The notes beneath the pieces were generated by a model. The model searched no databases. It had not been told where the DNA came from and worked only from the letters and a program-made list of their open reading frames with translations. Both the position numbers and the translations under genes were made by a program. A stretch of 64,000 nt of DNA from an uncultured Fibrobacterota bacterium (lineage in GTDB: Bacteria; Fibrobacterota; Chitinivibrionia; Chitinivibrionales; FEN-1185): positions 1 to 64,000 of the forward strand of contig CAVSQB010000002.1 of NCBI GenBank assembly GCA_963729895.1, written 5' to 3'. Shown piece by piece: positions 49,101-58,672 of the stretch; the stretch's first letter is position 1, and every line of letters starts with the position of its first letter.

Positions 49101-50264
49101 CTCGCTCAAAATGGGCCACACCGATTTCTTGAACAGAACATGGTTCTCGAATGATGTGACGACGGGGATCTGGCCCTGGACCGCGGCCATCTTCGTGAGC
49201 GAAAGGGCGGTATCCGTCTTGGCGATCCAATAGTGGCGGTAATCGTCGTAGTGATCGATCTGGTACGAAAAACGGTGCGCGGTTGTGTCGTATTTCCAAT
49301 CGGAAATGCTGCTCACGTACGCAAGAAAATAGTCTGATGAATCAAGCATGCCGTTGCCGTTGACGTCAAACCGGGCCATCGGCACTTCGCTGAGGCCGTT
49401 GGGGATCTGGTCTGCCGCCGACGTCGGCACCGGAAGCTCCCCTTTGTACGATGCGAACAACGCTACCCGGCCGATGGGTATCGGGCCTCCCAATATGCGG
49501 ATGATATCGCTCCCGCGCAGTTTAATAATTCCGTTCTCGTTGATAGTTCCTTCGTTGAATCCGCTGTGGCCGTCGCCGATGGTAAAGGAGAGCAACGTGT
49601 CCGCCGCCTGCAGCGGATATCCCGCTGTTGCCGCGCGCTTCGCCAGCGGCGCGGCGGGTGTCCAGCCGCCGGCCACCGAATAGTTCAGAATGAGCCGCCG
49701 CAGCATGTTCGTATAGTCGGATTGCGCAGGAGAAGAAACGCTCCTGGACCCGGAATACGGCGGAAACTCGACCGTGATTTCCGCTTTGTCGAGAACCTGC
49801 AGCGTCCGGCCGTCCTTCTGGTACGAAATGGGCCGTAGAATGAACTGCGCCCCTCTCAACCGGCCGTACTTGGTGTACATCGCATTCGAGATCCACGGAT
49901 TGGTAAACCGCAGTCCCGGGTACCTCGACCCGGTCCCGGGAGCGCTCCTCACGCGCAGCGGATTGCCCAGCGTTTCCACATGGGTCGCGGTGGAAGTGAC
50001 CCTAATGGATACTACGCCCTGCGGGGGCACCCCAAAGTGCAAAGAAACCGCGGGAACCACGGGTTCGCCATTGTCACCCAAATCCGCGTTTTCTCCGGAA
50101 AATGCAACAGAGGAGGCGCTTTTGCTCACCTGGTTTATTCGAAGGTTGCTTGTGGTCCACTCAAAGGTGAATCTTTTCGCGGAGTTCTCGATAACGCGGA
50201 TCGACGGATACGAGGAAACGGCACATACAAGGCAGTACACCAGTACACGTGCGCACGTTCGCAT
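46197..50264 (-). CDS. porU: Type IX secretion system sortase PorU (peptidase C25)
   Basis: DYLVVT; IY.QFSGG..D..A.R; NYFGHG and SFSC catalytic motifs; LGDP; DT.GP.I; C-terminal YPNP...GVY.Y. Confidence 0.9.
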   Translation of the reverse strand: MRTCARVLVYCLVCAVSSYPSIRVIENSAKRFTFEWTTSNLRINQVSKSASSVAFSGENADLGDNGEPVVPAVSLHFGVPPQGVVSIRVTSTATHVETLGNPLRVRSAPGTGSRYPGLRFTNPWISNAMYTKYGRLRGAQFILRPISYQKDGRTLQVLDKAEITVEFPPYSGSRSVSSPAQSDYTNMLRRLILNYSVAGGWTPAAPLAKRAATAGYPLQAADTLLSFTIGDGHSGFNEGTINENGIIKLRGSDIIRILGGPIPIGRVALFASYKGELPVPTSAADQIPNGLSEVPMARFDVNGNGMLDSSDYFLAYVSSISDWKYDTTAHRFSYQIDHYDDYRHYWIAKTDTALSLTKMAAVQGQIPVVTSFENHVLFKKSVWPILSETNGGLQWAWQRFSSSMPSYTISSAFIDTVLLPNADPAEPCSLQVILGPSSPSMTVSYGGSSVCAGCQYGAWFPFTYSPGNSMTFTANVGNDTIELDQMEVRCWQKLDMTNRSSMTIFSPEGSGMVRYQLSGLPSDLVYILRIGNCDASMMLVDTVRGGGTYQWTDTAGIGVRYYVCTPQGIGSSPVLSLVGPRTSSSYTVRDLRSISAPVDYLVVTHPNFIVPAQVLAREKKSIGQFANPVAMSISDIYAQFSGGNTDPSALRNCLEYVRENVGSQWGVSFDYVVLMGSGHYDYRNIATQDTSFMPVAEFNGLCIEDYFVYLDPGDTPDNTASTPDCFLGRIPCKTSQDASQVVNKIIQMENPSSNPAPDFGAWRNCLLLVNDDDMQGTQPDPLGTQHLESSELIDTVVEHLRPAINVEKVNEFEYPFDAQLEKPEAKQALLNDINNGVAFVNYFGHGSPIVWADEHIFMPDDIVNLHNNGQYPMISSFSCSVGMFDQPGQQCLSACCVLAHNSGAISTISATREAFSTDNEQLAQNFFSFAFDTSDTAARTIGEALALAKAVVQDQNEQIYSYLGDPSIQLMRPGRRVSLTVTDNNGTPLNDTLKALEQVTIRGTIIKKDGTVDTRFSAGGGTAKVQLSMFNPAYLATRKDNGTASNPSYKMPGTPIFAGQTQVTNGAFQQSILLPKNVTFNTPGVRLTAYAWVEDSVGLGCRGSFLFHGFASTKITDTVGPTISVRPVYQGGSSSSAAPSSTGASSTDKVSATLPVTLEILMFDSSGIDAVSTGPNEGITFEVPGVIARTNIDSKFQFAQGDYRRGTADWTFDAGAMTPGPYTINITAQDLLGNVAKRSVTFEVTTDQALALYHVFTYPNPMRMGQGCSFYYDLSKTVTQTDQDRVVVAIRLFTLSGRLVRVINDAKRGEPFDGRDAFGNKLSPGVYLYQMYAVDQLNQQVVKSPIEKLAINPPR

Positions 50265-50581
50265 TGTTCTTTATCTTCCTTACTGTAAATGAGAAAATGC
50301 CTACACCCTACACCCTGCGATCCCGGGGCTGCAAAACAAATCCCCGCCTCACACACCGCCGATTCTCCGCATCGCGAACACTTAACCTCCTGATAGTACG
50401 TTTATAAAAGACTCTTTAATGTGGGGTAATGGGGTTTTATCGGAAAATCCAAACTCCGGACCGTTCAAGAAACTTTGTGTGAGCTGAACAAGGGTGATGC
50501 ATGACCACCGCCGTAAAGTGCACTTTGTGACCGTGAAAGTGTCCGCTCCCTCGGCGAACCTCGCCAAGCCCGCTGAGTCGA

Positions 50582-51652
50582 TTACAGCACATACTTAGAA
50601 ACGTCTGCAAACGGGATTACCGCCGGCAACCGCCCCTGCTGGATCACGGTGTAGGTTCCGCCCGTTGGTTTGCCGCCATCCACCGTGATATTGTAGACAA
50701 CAGCGCCCGAATAAATACCTGTTGCAAAGACCGTGTCCGTGACCGTGCCGGACTGGGAAAGTATGTTGGTGATCAGCGTATATTGGGTGCCCGTAAGCGT
50801 CAGATAGAAATCGCGATAGTCGACGTAGTTGATGGCGACATGCACCGATATTCCGCTCAGGGCCGCGTTATAGGAAAGGGTGCCTGTCGAGTCGCCCTGC
50901 ACCTGTTCGGAGCCGAGCGAACCGAGCTTGGTGAGCTTGGCCTGGGAATACTTGACAGTCGCGTTCACAACGATGAAGAACTCCGTGTCGGAAACCATCC
51001 TGAATCCATTATCAAAGGAATATTCGGTGGTTCCCAGGGAATCATCCGCAACCGCAAGCCTGTAAAGATGCGGTCCGGGCGCCACAGGGGAATCAAGGCA
51101 CATGGTGTCCACCGTCGTTGTGCACATCGGCGTCCACGACGCGCCGGTGGAGTCGGACCGGGAGGCGATGACCCGGATGCCGGACAAAGGCTTTTTCCAG
51201 GTAAGCAGCACCCTGTCTGCAAAGGAACCGTGCGAGGCGGTAAAAGCGGAGACATATCGTGTGGTGCTCAGCAGGGCCATGCCAATATCCGAAATGCTCG
51301 GCATGCTTGTGTCTCCATTCCTTAGGATCGTGCGGACACGGTAGGAGTAGACGGTTTCCGGAACAACGGAGGAATCAAAATATTCCACTCCGGATACCCC
51401 GGAAGAAATAAGAAAAAAGGAATCGACCGAGCCTGTTGCACGGTAGACAAGATAGCACCTGGCGCCGGAAACACTGTCCCAGGTGATTTTTACCTTCCCG
51501 CTTTTGAGCGTATCGGAAGCCGCGACGTTTGAAGGTATTTCCTGGAAACTGTTCATGGCCTCAGCTGGCCCAACCGATGAACCGGAGCATCCACAGATCA
51601 GCCACGTCAACGCGCCAATAAATCCCGCAATGGAAACGACTGTTTTTCTCAC
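50582..51652 (-). CDS. Lipoprotein with two FN3-like domains
   Basis: Lipobox ICGC; V.ITW..V.GA..Y.VYR; Y.D; YSYRV; AS.G...DRV.LTW. Confidence 0.8.
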   Translation of the reverse strand: MRKTVVSIAGFIGALTWLICGCSGSSVGPAEAMNSFQEIPSNVAASDTLKSGKVKITWDSVSGARCYLVYRATGSVDSFFLISSGVSGVEYFDSSVVPETVYSYRVRTILRNGDTSMPSISDIGMALLSTTRYVSAFTASHGSFADRVLLTWKKPLSGIRVIASRSDSTGASWTPMCTTTVDTMCLDSPVAPGPHLYRLAVADDSLGTTEYSFDNGFRMVSDTEFFIVVNATVKYSQAKLTKLGSLGSEQVQGDSTGTLSYNAALSGISVHVAINYVDYRDFYLTLTGTQYTLITNILSQSGTVTDTVFATGIYSGAVVYNITVDGGKPTGGTYTVIQQGRLPAVIPFADVSKYVL

Positions 51653-51918
51653 GAAAACAATCCTTCGAATGATGATGACAGTCGGGTGAATATTTCTTTT
51701 CGCGGCGGAGGACCGGCGATTCTATCGTGAAAATACTTTGGCCGCAGATCGCCCGGCAATGATGTCGCACCGGATGCCTCTTTCTTGCCGGCATTTGGCG
51801 TCTCCGGATTTACGCTCAGGCATGCGAAAAAGATTGCTTGCATAGAGGCAAATATCGTGGTATTTTATCTGCCTTGCACGGGCCAACCCTTTCCACCCTG
51901 CTTCAAGAAGGAGTCAGC

Positions 51919-52434
51919 ATGAAACGCAGTAATGTTTTTGCTCTTGTTGCCATGGTTGCCGTTGTGATGCTATGGGGATGCTCCAAGTCCACAACCGGTC
52001 CCTCAGGCCCTTCCGCAACGGATTTGATTGGAAAATGGGTTTTCTCTTCGGCGCACGTGACAGGAACTACGTTGATACATTTTGGTATAGTTGGTGTTCC
52101 GGACAGCACAGTCCACACGGACACCGCGATAACGTTTACCGGCACCGCCAATGATGCCCAATTGTATGCCGACATGACCTATTCGCTTCAAACGCCCGGC
52201 TTGGCCTCACTGGGAGCGCCCGTTGCCGACTCAGGCACATGGTCGCTTTCCGGCAGCAGCCTCAGGTTGATCGACAACGCAAATGACACCACGAACCTGA
52301 GCGTGAGCGTAAACGGGAACAACGGCACTTTTGTAAACAGCACATCAACCAAAATAGACAATGTCCCGGGAATGCCGCAGGGCGCGTATATTCAGTCATC
52401 CTTGACCTTCACAATTATTGGGGCAAAGCAGTAA
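51919..52434 (+). CDS. Lipocalin-like lipoprotein
   Basis: AAGGAG RBS; lipobox WGC; LIGKW and SGTWSL motifs. Confidence 0.8.
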   Translation: MKRSNVFALVAMVAVVMLWGCSKSTTGPSGPSATDLIGKWVFSSAHVTGTTLIHFGIVGVPDSTVHTDTAITFTGTANDAQLYADMTYSLQTPGLASLGAPVADSGTWSLSGSSLRLIDNANDTTNLSVSVNGNNGTFVNSTSTKIDNVPGMPQGAYIQSSLTFTIIGAKQ

Positions 52435-52650
52435 CCGCCAATTCCGTTGTTTGTCTCAACGTGCGGAACAGGAAACTGTTTCGCACGTTTTTTTTTTGCG
52501 TGTTTTGTCTTCACTTGTCTCCTCATTCGTTAGTATATTCAAAGGGAAAGCGTTTGCAGCGACAAAAGCAACGATTTCAATCCTCCTTAAGGTTCAACCC
52601 GCCGACGCTTTTGTTGTGCGTCCCATGCTACCTGAATTCTTTCTGAAATG

Positions 52651-52818
52651 AACTACCCCGAAGCAAGCTTCGAGGTATCCTGAACTTACAACTACCCCTT
52701 AATCCCCTCTCTTGTGCCCCTTCGGGCATCCCTGAAGAGAGAGGGGAAACCGAGCGAAGCGAGGAGGGGTGAGTTAAAGCCAAAGCAAGCTTCGAGGAAT
52801 TTAGCCCATAGCGATTAA
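52651..52818. repeat. Nested palindromic REP/MITE-like element
   Basis: Two copies of AAGCAAGCTTCGAGG (at 52661 and 52783) flank a self-complementary insert, 52690-52775 (AACTACCCCT...AGGGGTGAGTT; TCCCCTCTCTT/AAGAGAGAGGGGA). Confidence 0.7.
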
Positions 52819-52922
52819 TTTTTTTGCAAGGGCCATCGCGTCGGACCGCGGCATCTCGGCATTGATAAGGCACGGGCCGAAATTGCCGCGTCATTCATTG
52901 AATCGAGGCAGGGATCAACTAT

Positions 52923-55217
52923 ATGAATAATCATACCAAAAAACATGCGGCAAAAGGCCCCGGGGATATCGCCGAACCAAGGAAGACCGAGGAGGCCCTG
53001 CGCGAAAGCGAGGAGCGTTTCTCCAAGGCGTTCATGATTTCGCCCTATGCCTACATGATCGCAGGCATGGAAGACGGCGCGATCGTCGAGGTCAATGAGG
53101 CGTTCACCACCATTTCCGGGTTTACCAGGGAAGAAGCCCTGGCCGGCTCCACGCTCAGCTTGAAGATATGGAACAACCCGGAAGACCGCCGACGCATGGT
53201 GGCCGATCTTCGCGACGGCAGGCCTGTAGAGGGCCGGGAGGTACAGTTACGTTCGAAGAGCGGAAACGTCGTGACGGCACAGCTTTCCGCCCGGGTAATT
53301 TATCTGGGCGATAGATGCTGCATTATATCCATCCTCGAAGACATCTCCCTGCGCAAGAAAATGGAACAGGAGTTGCGGGACTCCGAAAGCAAGTATCGCA
53401 CCCTGATGGAACAGGCTTCCGACGGAATTTTTATCGCCGACGAGAAAGGAAACTATACCGACGTGAATGTACGGGCATGCGCCATGTTCGGTTATTCACG
53501 GGAGGAGATTTTGCATCTCGGGATGAAGGACCTGCTGCTTCTCGAAGAAATCGCCGACAAGCCGATCAAATTCATAGAATTGGGCTCGGGCGAAACCGTT
53601 TTGAGCGAAAGGCGGATGCGCAGAAAAGACGGGTCGGTTATCTATGCTGAAATCAGCGGGAAGAAGCTGGCCGACGGCAGGTTTCAGGGCATTGTGCGCG
53701 ACATTACCGGACGCAAACAGGCAGAGGAGGCGCTGCGCGAGAGCGAGGAGAAATACCGGCGCCTTGTGGACAACGCCAACCAGATTATAGTCGTCGCCCA
53801 GGACGGCATGATAAAATTTGTCAATCGAAAAGGTCTGGAGGTTCTGGGCTATTCCGAACAGGAATCATTGACAAGGCCGTTCCTCCAATTCGTGTATCCG
53901 GAGGACCGTCACTTGTTGACCGAAAACCACGCAAAGCAGGTCAAAGGCGAATTGATACGACAAAGCTATGAGTTCAGGGTGGTTACCGCCGACGGCAGAG
54001 TATGCTGGGTTGAAATTAACCCGGTCCCTATTGAATGGAAAGGCAGGCCCGCCACCCTTGATTTGCTTACGGACATCACAGAGCGCAAGCGCATAGAGAG
54101 TGAACTTCAAAAGGCGCAGAAGCTCGAATCCCTCGGCATTCTGGCGGGCGGTATTGCCCATGACTTCAACAATCTGCTTACCGGAATCTTCGGGTACATC
54201 GACCTGGCCCGATCGGTGTCAAAGGATGAGCAGGCCACGCAATACCTCGAAACGGCAATCGCGACAATGAACCGAGCTCGAGCGCTCACCCAGCAATTAT
54301 TGACCTTTGCCAAGGGCGGTTCCCCGGTCCTCAAAACAACGCAGCTTGTTCCATTTATCCGGGAGGCGGTTCAATTCGCGCTCAGCGGATCGACTATCTC
54401 GTGCCGGTTCGACCTTGACAGAAACCTCTGGCCGTGCAGCATCGATAAGAACCAGATCGGCCAGGTGATCGACAATATCGTCATCAACGCGCAACAGGCA
54501 ATGCCGAACGGCGGGATCATAGACGTGCTGGCCGAAAATATCTCTTTTAGCGAGCAGGAGCATGCCTCGCTTGCCGCCGGCAACTACGTAAAGCTCTCAA
54601 TCAAGGATTGCGGCGTTGGAATTCCAAAAGAAATTCTGCATCAAATCTTCGACCCGTTTTTCACCACAAAAACAAAAGGGCACGGCCTCGGCCTCTCCAC
54701 CTGTTATTCAATTGTCAAGCGCCACAGCGGATGCATCGAGGTCGAGTCCGAACCGGGAAAAGGCAGCGTCTTTCATGTGTACCTTCCCGCTTCGGCGGAG
54801 ACCGCTGTTGAGGACGCGGCCGCAGCCGTCAGGCACGCCGGCAAGGGGACAATCATTGTCATGGACGACGAGGAAATAATCAGGGCCGCTCTCCAAAAAA
54901 TGCTCGGGGCCATGGGATACACGGTGGTATGCAAAAACGACGGGAAGGAAGCCCTTGATTTTTACATAAGCGAAACCAGGGCCAAACGCACATTCGCGGC
55001 AATGATTCTTGACCTCACCGTTCACAACGGCATGGGCGGCATGGAAGCAGTTAAAGAGGTCCGGAAATTGGATGCGGCGATACCGGTTTTTGTGGCAAGC
55101 GGTTATGCCGACGATGCTGTGATGAAGAACCCGGTTGACTACGGTTTTACCGCAAGTATTTCCAAACCTTTCACCATCGCGGAACTTTCGGAAATGCTGA
55201 ACAAGACTATGGTATGA
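52923..55217 (+). CDS. Cytoplasmic hybrid histidine kinase (3 PAS, HisKA, HATPase, receiver)
   Basis: Three ESE..(F/Y)...DI(T/S).RK PAS units; AGGIAHDFNN; NA.QAM; FFTTK..G.GLGL; VMDDE...ILDL...SKPF. Confidence 0.95.
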   Translation: MNNHTKKHAAKGPGDIAEPRKTEEALRESEERFSKAFMISPYAYMIAGMEDGAIVEVNEAFTTISGFTREEALAGSTLSLKIWNNPEDRRRMVADLRDGRPVEGREVQLRSKSGNVVTAQLSARVIYLGDRCCIISILEDISLRKKMEQELRDSESKYRTLMEQASDGIFIADEKGNYTDVNVRACAMFGYSREEILHLGMKDLLLLEEIADKPIKFIELGSGETVLSERRMRRKDGSVIYAEISGKKLADGRFQGIVRDITGRKQAEEALRESEEKYRRLVDNANQIIVVAQDGMIKFVNRKGLEVLGYSEQESLTRPFLQFVYPEDRHLLTENHAKQVKGELIRQSYEFRVVTADGRVCWVEINPVPIEWKGRPATLDLLTDITERKRIESELQKAQKLESLGILAGGIAHDFNNLLTGIFGYIDLARSVSKDEQATQYLETAIATMNRARALTQQLLTFAKGGSPVLKTTQLVPFIREAVQFALSGSTISCRFDLDRNLWPCSIDKNQIGQVIDNIVINAQQAMPNGGIIDVLAENISFSEQEHASLAAGNYVKLSIKDCGVGIPKEILHQIFDPFFTTKTKGHGLGLSTCYSIVKRHSGCIEVESEPGKGSVFHVYLPASAETAVEDAAAAVRHAGKGTIIVMDDEEIIRAALQKMLGAMGYTVVCKNDGKEALDFYISETRAKRTFAAMILDLTVHNGMGGMEAVKEVRKLDAAIPVFVASGYADDAVMKNPVDYGFTASISKPFTIAELSEMLNKTMV

Positions 55218-55304
55218 TAAATTGAACGGACTTCCAAATGCGATCAGCCGGTTATGTTTGATTCCATGCGGGTCATTTTTCTTTTTCCCGAAAGGAGACG
55301 GAAA

Positions 55305-57035
55305 ATGAAAAACCTTACATCAGCAACTCTTATCGCCATGGCGTTCTTCATCGGCCGTTCAAGTGCGGCGCTTCCCCTGCAAAGCAGCATCACCAAAGAC
55401 AGCATCACCTGGACGTTTTCACAGGCGGCGCCGGTAGGCCAGTTTGTCAACGGAGATTACTATGTGGTTGGTCCGGTGACCGTCACTTCGATCTCACCCG
55501 CACCGCAGACTGACTCGCCTTACGTAAACGGATCGGTGCTCAACCTGCCCACGCCTGACGGAAAAAGCGGTTTTGACAAGCGGCTCAACGACGGAAGCGA
55601 CGAATCGTGGTGGTTCAATGCAAACGACCGCGTCTACCCTCCCCTTTCCCTGAAACCGGGAGACGCATTGGTTTCCTCGATCAGCTTGTCCGATGCGCAA
55701 TACCACAATGTACCCGAAGTGATGCGTGCAGGCGATAAAAGCTGCAGCCCGGTTGCCAGCGTGTCCGTGCTCACCGTGCTTGCCGCCGCCGTATCTTCCG
55801 ATGCTTTCCGGCCGTCGTACTGCGACCGGAAGCAGGTAATTTATCATGCCGATTCGCTGCAGCGGCAGCTTCTGCCGTCTCTGGTTCCCCCCAAACCGGC
55901 CGCAACCCCTTCCCTGTCGCAATTTGAAATCTGGTTCCGCAGGCCATGGATCGACATGAATCCCTTCCTTTTTGACGCTCCGGCCGAGTACATGCCGAGT
56001 TACGGCGCACACGTGAGCTTTGCCGTCTCGTATGTCGGGCTGCTTCTGTCGCTCAACTTCACACCTGCGCAAAAGGTGAATCTCACCAATTACTTTGTTC
56101 AGTACGGCATCGATTTATTCGGATGCCTGAAAGCCGGGTACGGATGGCCGGCCTTTGGAGGGCATCGCAGCGGAAGAAAAATGCCTGTTGTCATTGCAGG
56201 CATTCTGCTGCAATCCGATTCGATGAAGAACGTGTCCACGTTTTTTCCCGACCAGTTCGGCGAGGACATGCAGACGCTCTACATCAGTTCGCTGCCGCCT
56301 GCGGGCAGTTACACCAAGGCGTGGCAGGGCGCCACGGTGATTTACGGAGGCCACTACGGAGTTCACTCGGACGGGACGCCCGTGAGCGCCGGACTCTACG
56401 GCCCCTACGAACAGCTTCAGCCGAGAAACTGGCCGCTGTTGACCCCCACCGAGCAGTTGGGAGAAGCCTACAGACGCTGCTGCACATCCATGACCTGGAT
56501 CGGCGAGGCTTTGACCATGCATCTCTGGGGCGCGGAAAACATTTGGAACCATCCGGCTTTTTTTGATTACGCGGTTCGGTGGATGTGCGAAAACGACTCG
56601 CTGGCGGTGGACACCATCAAGGCGCAAAGCGGATTTGATTACAGCACCTCGTGGGACCGGCAGCAGCAGACCGCCGGCGTGTTGCAGGGCGAGTTTCCCC
56701 AATACACCTTTATTGACGACATGTGGGCGGCGTATCATCCCTGCAGCACAAGCATGGCGATCCAAAACATTCCCGATCAATCCCTAGCGCCTAATTTCGC
56801 TTTTGTCATCTTTCCAAACCCTTCCAGTTCCACGGTCTCCATCGGCCTTCCGAACTTTTCCGCTCCTGTCGACGTGGAGATCTATTCCCTCACCGGGGCA
56901 AAAGTGGCGTCTTTTCGCCATGTTCGGGACGGACGGGTTGTCTGGAATACGGCGAACTGTTCCAGCGGGCTTTACGTGATAGAGGCTGGCGCGGGAGCGC
57001 AGGTCCTGACGGGACGCATGCAATTGATGCGATGA
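55305..57035 (+). CDS. Secreted hypothetical protein with T9SS type-A C-terminal domain
   Basis: AAAGGAG RBS; signal peptide; tail IFPNP...IYSLTG...W......SGLY.I. Confidence 0.85.
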   Translation: MKNLTSATLIAMAFFIGRSSAALPLQSSITKDSITWTFSQAAPVGQFVNGDYYVVGPVTVTSISPAPQTDSPYVNGSVLNLPTPDGKSGFDKRLNDGSDESWWFNANDRVYPPLSLKPGDALVSSISLSDAQYHNVPEVMRAGDKSCSPVASVSVLTVLAAAVSSDAFRPSYCDRKQVIYHADSLQRQLLPSLVPPKPAATPSLSQFEIWFRRPWIDMNPFLFDAPAEYMPSYGAHVSFAVSYVGLLLSLNFTPAQKVNLTNYFVQYGIDLFGCLKAGYGWPAFGGHRSGRKMPVVIAGILLQSDSMKNVSTFFPDQFGEDMQTLYISSLPPAGSYTKAWQGATVIYGGHYGVHSDGTPVSAGLYGPYEQLQPRNWPLLTPTEQLGEAYRRCCTSMTWIGEALTMHLWGAENIWNHPAFFDYAVRWMCENDSLAVDTIKAQSGFDYSTSWDRQQQTAGVLQGEFPQYTFIDDMWAAYHPCSTSMAIQNIPDQSLAPNFAFVIFPNPSSSTVSIGLPNFSAPVDVEIYSLTGAKVASFRHVRDGRVVWNTANCSSGLYVIEAGAGAQVLTGRMQLMR

Positions 57036-57567
57036 TTCCGCGGGGCCGCAAGGTGAGGAAGGGGTGGTGGTTGATGATCCGGCAGGACGAGATATTTGAT
57101 TGTGGCGTTTGAAACTAATCGAATGTTAGGCTTAGCATAGGAAACATATGCCAATAAGAACCTTTGAGTACTGCTCTCTTCAATACCTGAACATGTGGCT
57201 TCAATACGAAATGGGCTTCTGCAACGACCTTGCTGAAGGTGATCGGAAAAAGAAATTAGAGGCGCTAAGCAAAGCTGCTGCGTATTTCAGAGTTGCGCGT
57301 ACTTTACATGATGATGACAGGAATGTGGGGACAGAGAGGTATGAACGTGTTCTTGACATTATACTTGCCGAAGACACAATGAAAGATGGTGAAGACCTTG
57401 TTCAACGAATTGAAAGCGTTGGAAGAAAGATATCTGACAACAGATCGCTTCTTTCGCTTACAACCAAGTTCCTTTGGCTAAGATTCAAACGGCCTGTTCT
57501 CATATTTGATTCTCAGGCTCGGATAGCTCTTGGCACAAAGGAAAAGGATCTAGAAACATTCTATTTA

Positions 57568-58672
57568 TTGATCTTTAACATATAATGGATACACGATTAT
57601 TTATGGCCAAGTGATTTCCGAATGTGCAATACACGATTCAAGGAGCCTTTGAGAACTGCGCACTCGGCCAATAGAACGGTGTAAATGAGATCCCAAATGA
57701 TACGTATCTTCATGGGTGCTGTTGGAAAGATCGCGTTTCCCATGAGTCCAAACATGTTCAATCGGATTGAGTTCAGGAGCATAACTGGGAAGCCAGTTGA
57801 CATGAAGTCGCTTGGTCTTTTGCAGGAAAGCTTTAACGTCTGCTCTCTTGTGGATGGGGCCATTGTCCCAGACAAGAACAACGTGCCTGCGCAAATGGCG
57901 CAACAAATACCCCAAAAAAGTGACGACCTCCGTGCCCGTGATGTTATGGGCATGGAAACGGACATAAAGACCAAAATGGTGGCAGCCAGGGGACACGGTG
58001 ACACTGCCGATGGCCGAGATTTTATCACGCCGGTAGCTGTGGCGCAGGATCGGTGTGCAGCCCGCAGGAGCCCACGTTTTGCGGACGTTCGGTATGAGCA
58101 AAAAACCGCTTTCGTCCAAGAAGGCAATATGGGCCTTAAGTTTTCGGGCTTTTTTTTATACTGGGCCATGTCCTGCGCTTCCAGGACGCAATGGCCTTTT
58201 CGTCTCTTTGCAGAGCGCGTCGTTGCGGCTTTTGATAGCTCCAGCCAAAATCGTGGCGTAATAGCTTCCATACTCCTACATGCGTGTAATGGACGCCGTA
58301 GTCGGCATGAATCAGCCGTACGATACGCTTTAATGTCCATAGGTCGGTGGCGTGTCCGGCTGCTACAGCTCCTTTCAGCAGCTTTTTCTTCAGCTTTTCT
58401 TTCTGATGATCGGTCAAGAGAGAAGGTCGTCCCCATTTGGCCTGGGTTCGAATTCCTTTTCGACCTCTTTTCTGATAGGCCTGATACCACCGCACCACCG
58501 AACTCAGAGACGATTTCAATTTCTGCGCCACAGCCCGATAGGTTTTGCCTGAACGCAGCATGGCGATGGCTTGTCGACGTCGCGCTTCCAATTGCTTGGG
58601 ATTTCCGTGTGGTCTCATATACCATAATATAACTATTTCTGATATAAGTATCCATTATAAGTTAAATGTCAG
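57568..58672 (-). mobile_element. IS630-family insertion sequence, 1105 bp
   Basis: TA duplication at 57566-57567 and 58673-58674; terminal IRs TTGATCTTTAACATATAATGGATAC / CTGACATTTAACTTATAATGGATAC. Confidence 0.92.
57601..58618 (-). CDS. IS630 transposase in two frames (HTH orfA 58136-58618, DDE orfB), likely joined by -1 frameshift
   Basis: orfB has DESG, WDN...H and LP.YAPELNPIE..W. An A8G run at 58149-58157 joins WPSIKK to ARKLKAHIAFLDESG in the -1 frame. Confidence 0.9.

Noticed and set aside
57597..58655. 352-aa (minus) and 315-aa (plus) ORFs spanning IS630
   Set aside because: Alternative-frame and antisense ORFs without transposase motifs; the orfA/orfB frames explain the element.
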